This document shows positions 37,011 through 48,355 of a stretch of 51,070 nt of DNA, in pieces. A model generated the notes under the pieces. That model made no database searches. It was not told the DNA's origin and was given only the letters and a program-made list of their open reading frames with translations. The stretch covers positions 132,481,794 to 132,532,863 of the forward strand of contig NC_068982.1 in NCBI RefSeq assembly GCF_001194135.2. Reading direction: 5' to 3'. Made by a program: the position numbers and the translations under genes. This stretch comes from Octopus bimaculoides (taxonomy: Eukaryota). The first letter of the stretch is position 1. Every line of letters starts with the position of its first letter.

Positions 37011-37349
37011 AATGCTGAAGTTACTGTTACTACTGCTGCTGGTGGTAGTTGATCATCTGACTGAACTAAGGAAATTATATTTCCAACGGTTTTTCAGATT
37101 GTTAAGTCCATCGAATACATCTACAATAATATATGATATATTGTATATAATATATTTGTGCTATAGAAAACTATATCCAGCAATTTCGCATAATTAGACG
37201 TTTTCCAAGCACATAAATAGTATAAGTTTTATAATTTGCATAATGTTACAATGAGTTACGCTTGCCTACCACATGCTATAACAGAAAAAATACATAATTA
37301 GGTCTGCAATATTCTCTCCAAATATCCCCATGCAATTGCCAAAATTAAA

Positions 37350-37403
37350 TCACCTACTGATGAAGAGATCTTTGCCTCCCCAAAACAGTGGTCTATAGGG
37401 TGA
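37350..37403 (+). ncRNA. Decayed type I hammerhead ribozyme remnant
   Basis: TCACCTA-CTGATGA-agagatctttgcctccc-C-AAAA-CAGTG-GTC-TATAGGGTGA. The core is present, GAAA has become AAAA (consistent with CpG decay), the GUC site is intact, and stem I is partly complementary. Confidence 0.5.
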
Positions 37404-37767
37404 CTTTCATCCACCAGATGGTATCATAAAGCACTACGAGTCTCACACATTGAGGAGTTTATCTTCTGTATATGTTTGTAGCTCCTACTGTATACAATTT
37501 ACATGTACGCTTTGCTAAACTGCCCTATTTCAGCCCACATGGAACATTAGATCTCTTTAATTTTCAAATATAACTTAACAATGAAGTCATGTTGTTTTTG
37601 GCCTCATGCTACTTCTGAATTCATATTTACATCACATCTACTTGTAAATGTTTTAATATTTATCTTATTTTATTTTGTGCCTCTCTTCCTGGAAGCAATT
37701 ACTATCATACAATATAAGATAAAGTTTTCAAATGAAAATCTATGTTATTTCCTCCTTTCTGACTCAC

Positions 37768-37885
37768 TGACATAATACACAGATTTTCTAATAACTTCCG
37801 TTTTCTTCCGTGGTAAAGATATTCCTGGAAGCTCGACTTGTCTTTCTTATGCGTGTGACTGAATGAAACTATTCGCAGCCAATTG
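37768..37885 (-). promoter_or_regulatory. Candidate promoter and first exon of a minus-strand gene
   Basis: Sits at the CpG-depletion boundary. Has two ETS-like CGGAAG motifs (37795-37810), an Inr-like TCATTCAGTC (37858-37867) and a strong donor ATGTCA|GTGAGT at 37768/37767. Confidence 0.3.
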
Positions 37886-37979
37886 TAATGCTACAGTTAC
37901 CTTTTATTACATTAAATTTTTCAAATCCTGTATTAAGTGCTCTGCTCTGTCCCTCTCTGACTCTCTGATATATAACAAA

Positions 37980-38027
<48 letters not shown>

Positions 38028-39110
38028 GAATACATGGAGCAAACCGTTATTATAATCAGGGCGAATGTTATCATAATTATTAAGCCTCACTTTTGTATCT
38101 AAAATATATTAAGAATTATCGACTTGTTAGAATTAAAGCTCAAGATATTGTTGTCATAGTTTTGAGGTAAACTGCTACACAATCACTATTATTAATTTAT
38201 TGCCTATAACCACTGAAGCAATGAAAGGAAAGCGTGCTAGCTACGGAGTTGTGATAGACGTATAGCAATGGTAATGGATGGCTGCTACGATTGTAATGGT
38301 AGTGATGGAATAGTAAACCGGATATGAGAATAGATGTATTGATGTATAAGAAGAACTATGTTGATTAATCAAAAGTCCGGATATCGTCAATTAATTTCTC
38401 AATGATTTACTAACTGCTAATTTTATGACGTCAAACTATTTTACTTCATCAGTCGTCTTTAAGATCGAAAGTGAGAACCAGGAATATTATCAGAAATAGT
38501 ATTGTTTTTTATTTGGTATCTGTTAGTCAACGATTCTTTGACTTTTCATTTAATATAGTAAGGGAAATAATGACTTTGTAGCGAAGCCTAGAATCGAAAC
38601 CTTACAGCTTTAGTAACTAGGACCAGACCACACTTAGATCAAGTGACGTATTAACTAATCAGCTTTGAAAAATATCACCCTGTATTATATGATGTTTTGT
38701 AACGTTCTAAAAAGGTCCCGAGCAAAGCGAAGTTATATAAGCAACAAGGTGGGCAAAGAAGCCGACGTGCACCACAGAGTTTAGAGAAAGTTTCAGAGAA
38801 GATAAACGAACACAGGATTGTTGGTCCCTGTTTAACGTTTGTTTAAAAGAATCTCTTCGTCTACAATGCACTTCGCCAAGCACGTACCACGAACACAATA
38901 TCCTCACCTCTCTCCACACAAATAAGTAACCAGTCAATTTTTTTAGTCAAGAATAAACCAGAAGCGCACTTAGAATACACAGATAGCAAGCTCTTTAAAG
39001 AGGCAAGCCTTTTTGGTTGCTACTCAACCCTGGATTAAAAGAATCTTCGACTAAGATGGACGGAATATTTTTTCTACCTCTCACGCGAAGCTAATCTTTT
39101 CTGTTATTAA

Positions 39111-39501
39111 TGTAACTGTGGGAGATCATTTTTCTTTGCTTAGTTGAGATTTGAAACCGAATCCACACACGACCAGGAAGTAGGTAAAACATAAAACACT
39201 GGATTGACCTTTACACGACCACCGAAGGTCCCGGGGCTCAGGTGTTTCTCATTGATCATCCAGCATAGAGAGAGATAAGACACAAGGGGGCCTGACAAGC
39301 AACAGGTGTGTGGATTTGGTTCCGAAACTCAGCTAAGCAGAGGAAAATTATCTCCCGCATAACTATGAACTACATTTGCTTCTAGCACACCACTATACAC
39401 TACTGGCAAGCAACTGTGTAATCATGTAAACATTGTGTTATACTCCTGTAAAAATAAAGTAAACAACATTCGGAGTTGGCTTTATTATGGGATACCATAC
39501 A
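39111..39501 (+). mobile_element. Probable solo LTR
   Basis: TGTA...TACA termini, near-identical 5-bp flanks ATTAA/GTTAA, AATAAA near the 3' end, and higher GC than the flanks. Confidence 0.45.
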
Positions 39502-41079
39502 GTTAAACTTCATCCCAATCAACTAAGACACAGCCCGACAACTTGTTTCAACAAGAAACAGTAAAAGTATTGCTGTTCCAAATAAGTCAGCTTGATTCCG
39601 TTGAGTAATACTAACAAATATTTACTTATGACATTGAAAAAAAAAATAGTATTCATTATTGAGAATATAGACTGTAAAAATGTACGGTCTGGTTAAGATA
39701 GTCAGACTAAGTCACATTCAAGATTGGCTGTGGCAATGTCCGTGAAAAGAACGCATTAATTAATAGACAGCGTAGGCGTTAAAAAGTAAAAAAAAATTGG
39801 ATAAGAAATAAGGGAAAGACAATTTCACGCCAACTGACGAATGGGTTACCAGACGAAAATAACGAGAGAATGTTTTGTACAAATGTGTTCATGGTGGGGG
39901 GAAAAGTGTTAGATTTTATTAGATGTAATGTAGATATTAAAACAGAGAGGTTTCAAATTATTGTTGAATATTCTTGAACGACTCAAAGAAATATGTCACT
40001 AAATAATACTAAAGTAGTTTTGTTGCCTTCGATACTAACTACATTGTTAATTCAACCACGTAATGTCATACCAGCAATTAAGTCTTCAAAGAGAATTTGC
40101 ACCATGATTTTAATCTAATCCAACTCTTTTTCAGAGCCAATTTGATGTAATTAAAAAACGAATTTCCTTTTTTTTTTTTATTTTGTTCGAAGCATTTTAC
40201 GTATTAACAATGTCATGAAAGCATGTCTCGAAGAGTACTGTAGAGTATCTCTTATGCTATCTGTATTATTTTATCCTCATCACTCAATAACTGTTAATCT
40301 GTCTTCCTCACTTAGACGCACAGCCAAATATACACATCTACAGATACATGGTTCACTGTTGCAGTTACTATTATTCCATGTCTTGTCTTAATTGTTTCTC
40401 TGTTGCCCGATTATCGCACGCCTTCATTTTGTCACCAATAGGAATTCCTTTCTCACCTGGTCTGAGTACACTACTCGTAGCAGAAATCGAGCTAAATTAC
40501 AATACAGTATTTCTATTGTTCGAATAATTTTGGAACATTCACTGTTCGACGTACAATTTGATAGAGCCCCATTCTCCCTATGAAGAGCTATTTACTAATT
40601 ATCCAGAAACGGAAACATGATTTTTCGTTTCAAACTTCCAAGCTAACACACATTCTCTTGTCCATGATCATACAAATATATTAATGCTCCTATCTCACAA
40701 ATACATCAATACAAAATTGTTTCATGTTTTCAATACAAAATTGCTTCATGCAAAATTGTTTCAAGACACTTCAATTAACAATATTTCCTTTATTGTTTCA
40801 ACTGCGTTTTATGAACTGTTGTTAAATTATCTTTCTAGTTATTTCATATTACCATTCCAAAAGACAACCAATTTAAGGAGTGAAAATTTTGGCTTTGGTC
40901 TTTATAAACCTAGAAATGTCTAAACCCAGACAGTTTTATATTACAATTTAGCTGACAATATGCTGCAGGATAACTTTTTAAGAACAGTATTCAGAAAGAT
41001 CTGTTCAAATCTGCTTTCGTACCTCTTGGTAAACAGAAAAATTATATGCATCTAATTTTAGTGGTATATTTACAAACAA

Positions 41080-41210
41080 ATAATCGAGGTCGTCTTTGCC
41101 TTTCAGTCATTCGTGGTTGATAAAATAAAATACTTGTCACGTACTGGACGATTTGGATCAAGCTACTCCTTTAAAAATTGCCGGCCTTGTGACTAAATCA
41201 GAAACCATTT
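41080..41210 (+). mobile_element. Family B SINE fragment
   Basis: cgaggtcgtctttgcctttcagtcattcgtggttgataaaataaaatac..aaaattgccggccttgtgactaaatcagaaacc. Confidence 0.7.
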
Positions 41211-41862
41211 GTCAATAATATAAACAGTGGCACAGCTAGACAGCCCTTGAGTTTGCCCTCTCCACACGTCTACTCCCCCCCCCAAAGCCTGGGGCGGACT
41301 GCACCCTCCCTCTCTAGTTATGAAGTCGATGGTATAGACTGGTCCCTCAACCTTAAAAATTGCTAGCCTTCTGCCTTAGTTGGAGACCATACTTTCAAAT
41401 AAACATTTAAAATTTCCTAAAGAACTATTCGAAATAGTTTTTAAAAAATTAGAGCCATGTACAGAAAATCTTGTTGACAAAGAATTAGAGGTTATTACAT
41501 ATGAAATTCTTGATAGAACCACAGACGATATAGAAAAAGAATTCGAAAATTGCTTAACTATTGATGAGAAATTTAAAATTGAAGCTACAATGACTGTACC
41601 GGAAATGTCAAGCTATTACTGATGTACACTTTGAAGACTATGAATCAAAACCAGAAGAAATTTCAAAAACACCGCCAAGTTGTGCTTAGAAGTCGAGACT
41701 AGAAATAGTTCGTCGTTGCGTGTAACAATCGATTAGAAGAATTTCAAAAGCAATCTAGTATGAACAATTTAATGTACAACTAAACACGGAACTGCATACA
41801 GTTTATATTGACTAAGTCTTTCGTTAAATAATTTTTGGCAATCTTAGGTTTGAAGTACATAA

Positions 41863-42288
41863 TCTAATTGTTTACTTGTTTCAGTCTTTGGGGTGCAGCC
41901 ATGCTGGGGCATTGTCTCGAAGGATTTAGTCGAACAAATCAACCCCAGTACTTATGATTTTCGTTTACTTATAAGTCTGATATTTATTCTATCCGTTTTT
42001 TTTTTACCGAACCGCTAAATTACAGGAACATAAACAAACCAACACCGATTGTAAAGTGATAATGGGGGAAAAACACTGCCACACACACATACATACACAC
42101 TCACACACACACATACATATACGACGTTCTTCCATACAGTTTCCGCCAGTCAAATTCACCCACAAAACATTGGTCTATTTGGAGGCTATAGTAAAAAAAA
42201 ATTGCCCAGTGTAACGCACTGAGAGACTCACTCAACTCGAAACCATGTGGTTGCAAAGCATGCTTCTTGGCCACACGGCCATGCCTTC
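41863..42288 (-). mobile_element. Family C SINE (diverged but CpG-retaining)
   Basis: ttacttgtttcagtctttggggtgcagccatgctgggg..ccgaaccgctaaattacagg..gaaaccatgtggttgcaaagcatgcttcttggccacacggccatgcc. Confidence 0.8.
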
Positions 42289-42314
42289 ACCTTAAAAAAA
42301 CAGTATCCAATTCT

Positions 42315-42383
42315 TAACAGAGCGTAGTTTCGATCTACGAAGCTCTGTTTTGAGCTTGCACGTTATCACGCCACCACTCTACT
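42315..42383 (-). pseudogene. Decayed tRNA-iMet gene
   Basis: AGTAGAGTGG...AGAGCTTCGTAGATCGAAACTACGCTCTGTTA aligns to metazoan initiator tRNA-Met, including the GATCGAAA T-loop. The anticodon arm is damaged. A T7 terminator lies 14 nt downstream. Confidence 0.75.
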
Positions 42384-42401
42384 CAACAGAGTGTATAACG
42401 C

Positions 42402-42473
42402 CTTCTCGGATGGGGATCGATCCCCAGTCTCTCGTGCGACAGGCAGGGATCCTTACCACTATACTATCAAGGA
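42402..42473 (-). pseudogene. Decayed tRNA-Asp(GTC) gene
   Basis: 72 nt TCCTTGATAGTATAGTGGTAAGGATCCCTGCCTGTCGCACGAGAGACTGGGGATCGATCCCCATCCGAGAAG aligns to tRNA-Asp. The anticodon GTC is retained, but the stems and B box carry mismatches. Confidence 0.85.
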
Positions 42474-44527
42474 TCAGCTAAAAATAGACTTAGGTTTATT
42501 TTTGCATTTTCTTGGTTTCTTTTGGTTTCATTATCGATTCTGCTGTTATACGGGTTTAATATCATATGTCGCTCCAACCCCAACCCACACTAACTTACAA
42601 AAATAAGGAATCTCAAAATACTACTTCACAAATGTGTTTATATAAGAATTACAGGAACACAGAACATGACTATATTGTAATAGCTCTATTAGTGTATCAA
42701 AATATTGAAAATAATGAAAATTTATTAGTATTTTGCTTTCTCAAAATTCAAAATGTTGTTTCAATTTATTAAGGTTGAAAATGCAATTACAAAAACAAAC
42801 GAAATATATTTAACACTTCATGTACAAACGAAATATACTTTTATAATCGTTATCTCACACGTTTTAAAACAGAAAACCTACAATCCTCTCACACTAATCA
42901 GTTTATGATTATGAAAAGTGACGAACTATCTCTCTCTCTCCCTCTCTCTAAACACACACACATACACACACAAAGTCCAAGAATGGTGGTGATGGTATTA
43001 CATTTCGATCGTTTCAACAATAATGGTTCAGACGTTAAATAAGCTCCGGCCGCATAAGTCTGTAGGCTCGAGATAAACTTTACTGATTAAAATGTTTACC
43101 TTTTTTCCTTTGAACGTGGATTTTTTTAAAACACTCTCCTAAATTTTTATTGCACCATTTTTTAAAAAGGTCTTTGGATTTTTGATGTTTTGAACATCAA
43201 ACATTTAAATTCTGCGTTATATTTTTAAAAAAAATTAAATCAGGAACTAGTTAAGGTTAGTGGATTCACAACTCCAGTATTTAAGTATGTATATATGTAT
43301 GTATATTTCATTTTCTTTTGAACTTTATAAATATATTTCGTTTTGATTTGTAATTACATTTTCATCCTTAATACAATTAAATTGGAACAACAGCATTTAG
43401 AATTTTCAGAAAATGAAGTAACCAATGTTTTCACATTTGATACGTAAACGAAACAGGCTGGAGACATTCCTTGATTACGAATAATAATGATTTTCTTTTT
43501 TATCATTATTGCATATTTATTTTATTTGCCAGTCATAAACCTACTGAAACAATGCTAAAAGTGTTTTATTATAATGAAGTTTAAAGTTTTATTATAATGA
43601 AGTTTATTATAATGAAGTTTAAAACGAAACAAAATAGAACTGCCAGCAGCCATAATTCCTTGTAACGAATAAAATCTATTATAGACAACCGTCCTGTAAA
43701 GTCGGGCGTATGGATGATATAGAATATCGAATAGGGAACGGACAGTGCGAAGGTTAGAAGTTTGGTCGCCTTGACAGTGAGTGAGACTGTATTAACACAC
43801 AGCTGTGTCAGATGTGGGCACGAAATAAAAAGTTACCCGTATCTCAGTTTTCATTCTTTAGTATCTTTTACTATTAAGAATCAGAAATTTCGTAAAATCA
43901 TATTAAAACATTTTGTTCATTGCGTATGTGCTAAAAATATACAACTTTCAACGATCAAAATAATGAGTCAAAATTTATTTATCAAACATTTGTAAGAACA
44001 AAAACGTTCCAACCGTGGCTAGGTAATTTTTTTTTTATTGAATCGAAAATTTTATCAATATTAACAAAATTTGCAACCGTGACCATCTTGTTTCTTTTAT
44101 TGCTTCAGGGATGTTTTTTTACATCATTATGAATGAAAGCATTCTGACTCCCCTCTTTTTAACGAAGTTCATTTTTCAACTCAATTTGAGACAATACAAA
44201 TAAAAATTAATATAATTTATAATGAAACAATTCAATACATATTATCACAGCACAATTCAATTCAAAATAATAAATATGATTTGAAAGGAATTGCAATATG
44301 TTTTGAGAAAACGCGTGAATAGCGCAGAGAACATTATGATTCAAAATGGAGTTTGATAAAAATAAATATTTCATTACATCTGCTTTTGATCGAAAAAAAA
44401 AATGATACGTTGGAATATCTGACAGAAGACTACCAGGCACTCAGTTATCGACAGATAGACGAGATGCGTGTCGCCAAACAAACCATCTTCCTAAACTATA
44501 TTTATTATTTTTAACGTTGATTCTTAT

Positions 44528-44670
44528 TGCGGTGAACTGGCAGAATCGTTGGCGATATTTCGATCCTCTTTACGTTCTGAGTTCAATTTGGCCGAGGTCG
44601 ACTTTGCCTTGATAGAATAAGTACCAAGTTGAACACTGGAATCAATGTAATCGACTTAACTACTCCTAAG
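44528..44670 (+). mobile_element. Family B SINE with deletions
   Basis: gcggtgaactggcagaatcgtt..ctttacgttctgagttcaa..gccgaggtcgactttgcctt..gaataagtacca..aatcgactta. Confidence 0.8.
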
Positions 44671-44999
44671 TAAGAGTATAAAAACTGCACCTCCCTGTTG
44701 TATGCTCACCAAACCCAATATAAGCTCAAATTCACGGCCTCCAAATCGGACCGTAGTTGGTGGAAAGAATATGTTGAGGCCTTCGAGATGCAGTGGACTG
44801 AAAATAGACAATGTGTTTTTTCAAGAAAGGCTGGTTGATCACGGTCGGATCACTTCCGATCTTACTAACGTCAAAGAAACCGATTTCTAAACCTCTGAAG
44901 AAATACGAAGAAAGGCGGGATGGTAACTGGTCGAAAATTTGAAAGGAATATCTCTGATTTCATTTAAAAATTGAGATAGTCAAGATTAGATTGCTCTCA

Positions 45000-45211
45000 T
45001 TCTCACTAATGCCTGATAAATAAATATCGATATCTTGCTAACTTATCCGTTGAAATGGTGTGTGGTGTACCACGCGTCAGGTATCGAAATAATCGTAGAG
45101 CAGCGCGAGATGCTTTTGCTCAAGAACACAACGCAACGCCCGGTCTAGGAATTGAAACCACGATCTCATGATCCTGAGTGCAATACTCTAACCAATAGAC
45201 CATGCGCCCTC
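45000..45211 (-). mobile_element. Family D CORE-like SINE
   Basis: cttttgctcaagaacacaacgcaacgcccggtctaggaattgaaaccacgatctcatgatc..ctctaacca..accatgcgccctc. Confidence 0.75.
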
Positions 45212-45289
45212 AAATAATAATAATAATAACAATAATAATAATAATAATAATAATTATAATTATAATTATAATTATTATTATTATTATAA

Positions 45290-46745
45290 GTTAAGAAATA
45301 TAGAAGGCCAAGAAGACAAAAATAACTACAGAAATGATAAAAAAGCAATTAAGAAAATTTCCAGATTGGAAGAATCCAGAACCGGATGGGATCCAAGGTT
45401 ATTATATGAAGAAGGTGAGAGGGCTTCATGAAAGAACAGCGAAAAGCTAGATGAGTGGTAGCAGGAAGCTGCAGTATCCAGCTGGATAACAAAGGGAAAG
45501 ACATTATGTGCCAAGGATCCTGAAAAGGGAAATGTTGCGTGCAACTTTAAACCAATAACGTGCCTTCCGCTAATGTGGAAACTAATGTCCGGTGCTTTGG
45601 TCGGTGAACTGTGCAAATAATTAGAAAAAAGTGGGTTGCTACCTATTGAGCAGAAAGAGTGCCGAAAGCGGAACCAGAGAACGAAGGATCAGATCTTAAT
45701 CGATAATCTAATTATCAGAAACAACAGAAGACACAAACCTGAGCATGGTATGGATTTACTATCGAAAAGCATATTATATGATACCACATTCCTGGATAAT
45801 AAGAATGGAAATGTATTGTGTAGCAGAAAACATGAGAAGCCTTATATGCAACAGTATGAAATATTGGAGAACAGAATTGACAGCAGAGAATCAAGTATTA
45901 GGGGAGGTAAAAATCAAGAGAGGAATTTTCCAGGGGAACAGTTTGTCCCTACTGATCTTTGTGCTGGGAATGATCGCCTTGAGTGAAATACTACAAGGTT
46001 GGGGTATGACCTGGGAAGAGGTGGGGAAAACTGAACCATTTGTTATTCATTGACAATTTGAAGTTGTTCACAAAAAGTGAGGCGGAACTGGACAGCCTAG
46101 TCCAGTCTGTGCGGATTTTCTCTGTTGATATTCAGATGGAGTTTGGGCCCTCAAAATGTGCTACGATGCTGATGAGACGAGGAAAGCTTGTCAGGACAGA
46201 AGGCATAGGTTTGCCAAGTGGTGAGATGATGAAGGCAATTCAACCTCAATCCAGCTATAAATACCTGGGAATACTTGTGGCAGATGGAATTAAACACAAC
46301 GATATGAAGGAAAAGACAAAAAGAAAGTAGCTGCGGCGAGTGAGAGAAATACTGGCTTCAAAGCTGAATGCCAGAAACATAATTTTGGCTATAAGCTCGT
46401 GTGCAGTCGCAGTTGTTCGGTATGACGCTGGAATCCTGAAGTTGACAGGGGAGGAGCGGAAGGAGACGGACAGGAAGTCAAGAAAAGCTCCTATCGATGC
46501 AGACACTGATCGCCTATACATACATGAAGAGAGCAACTAGAGGAAGAAGACTGATAAGTGTGTAAGGCGGTGTACGTATCGAACTCGGGAGCTTAATGAG
46601 ATACCTAACCCAAAGAAAGGAAACCTTGCTAGTGTCAGTTAGGAACAAGGGAATATTGAAAGCAGAGAAAAAGGGAAAAACGAAGGAAGAAGTACAAAAA
46701 GGACACGAAGAAGAATTACGCAACAAGAGACTACACAATCAATTC
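45290..46745 (+). mobile_element. R4/Dong (RLE-type) LINE reverse transcriptase fragment, decayed
   Basis: NFKPITCLPLMWKLM, LPIEQKECR, TKDQILID, IKRGIFQGNSLSLLIF, LFIDNLKLF (YMDD-equivalent), EFGPSKCA, SYKYLG, DTDRLYI and KRLHNQF, across several frameshifts. Confidence 0.92.
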
Positions 46746-47037
46746 CATAAGCATGCATACACATATGTCTGCATACACATTTGCACGGAAATAATAGAAA
46801 AATTACTATAAAACACGCAATAATTGATACAAGATATAATTAAGGGAAATCAAAACAAGAAAAGTCGCTGGTTAGGTCGAATTAGGCACTCCATGATACT
46901 ATTCACATAACTATTTCTCAAGCTGTATCCGAGTGCAACCGAATGCGCCCATAAGCAATTTTTCTTTTCTTTTTTTTTTTTTGCGACATTTGATGTTGGA
47001 AGACACCAATATCTTGAGGACATTCTTTTTAAAGCTA

Positions 47038-48355
47038 CAGGGGTTGGACAAAATAATGGGAACACCTTAAAATTTCAAACAAATTTATTTTAATACGGAG
47101 TAGAACCGCCTTCGGCAGTAATTACAGCTCGATTTCTACGAGGTATGGACTCATACAAAGTTTGAATTGTTTCCAAAAGAATTTTTGTCCATTCTTCAGT
47201 TAAAACAGTCTCCAGGTCTTGTAATGATGATGGTGGAGGATATTGACTCCTCACTTATTTTTCTAGAATGCACCATAAATGTTCAATAATATCGAGATCT
47301 GGGAACTGTGGTAACCAGATAAAATGTTCAACTTCACAAGAATGTTCCTCGCGCTATTCAGTAACAACTTTAGCTGTGTGAATTGGTGCATTATCATCCA
47401 GAAAGATTACGTTTCCCTCTGGAAACAGTTCTGCACCCATAGGATGAATTTGATCAGATAAAATGCTTAAATAGTGTTGACTATTAATTTTGCCATGAAG
47501 GGAAACCATTGTGCTGGTGGATTCCAAGATATAGCCCCCCCCCCCCCNNNNNNNNNNNNNNNNNNNNNNNNNNNNNNNNNNNNNNNNNCCCCCCGATCAT
47601 CACAGATCTTCCTGCATGTTTAACAGTTGGAAGGCAGTCTGGGTCAAATGCTTCTTTTGGCTGTCTCCACACCTATACTCAGCCGGTGGTCGGAAATAAG
47701 GTAAAAGAATGACTCGTCCGAGAAAATAACATTCTTCCACTGCCCTAGAGACTAGTTCTGTAGGTTTATACTCCACTCTAAACGTTTTGCAACGTTTGTT
47801 TTTGAAAGTAGTGGTTTTCTGATTGCAGCCCTCCCGTGAAATCCGGCTTTGTGCAGCTCTCAGCCAACAGTTTTTATGGAAACTGGGTTCTCAAGGTGGT
47901 CATTAAGCTCTGCAGTAATTTTGGGAGCTTTTGTGATCCTTTGTAATAATTCGTGTAAGACTCCGACGGTTCCTATCTGAAAGTTTTGGCTTTCTTCCGG
48001 AAGTTTGTTTCGACGAGGAGGTTTTCCCCTCTTCCTCAAAGGCTGTCATTATTTTCGAGACAGTACTTCTTGATTCACCAAACATTTCGGCTGTTTTCGT
48101 TACGCTAGCGCCTGCCGTTCGAGCACCAACAATTTGACCACTTTGAAAGTCTGATAGATCTGTCATTTTAATGAATTTTAATTACCTTTTTAGGATGATA
48201 TCTGAAAAGAAACAGTAATTTTAGAAAAACATATTAAGCAACACTAATAGTAAATCAAAAACCATAAAAATAAATAAGCTTTTGACGGTTTTATAGGTAT
48301 TTCAAAATTATGATGCTATAATGCTTGGTGTTTCCATTATTTTGTCCAACCCCAG
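47038..48355 (-). mobile_element. Full-length decayed Tc1-like transposon with DD36E spacing
   Basis: 29-bp TIRs CAGGGGTTGGACAAAATAATGGGAACACC / GGTGTTTCCATTATTTTGTCCAACCCCAG (2 mismatches) with TA on the left. Transposase remnant 48166 to 47090: MTDLSDFQSGQIVGAR, IFSDES, LDDNAPIH..FPDLDIIEHLW, GGSTPY*. Confidence 0.93.

Noticed and set aside
36648-37052. 134-aa ORF with poly-Lys; also the poly-His, poly-Pro and VCVC/THTH ORFs elsewhere
   Set aside because: These are translations of simple repeats.
38575-38640. Possible tRNA-like remnant (minus-strand GTTTCGATTC B-box)
   Set aside because: No cloverleaf or identifiable isotype can be built.
39833-39865. CTGACGA...GAAA with an internal TGG/CCA hairpin
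   Set aside because: The hairpin is out of register with the core, and stems I and III are absent.
43564-43623. Short tandem repeat of ttattataatgaagtt; also a 29-bp duplication at about 30010-30060
   Set aside because: Ordinary slippage duplications with no further structure.
47535-47594. Poly-C run within the Tc1 ORF as a possible G-quadruplex feature
   Set aside because: It spans an N-gap, so its true length is unknown and it may be an assembly artefact.
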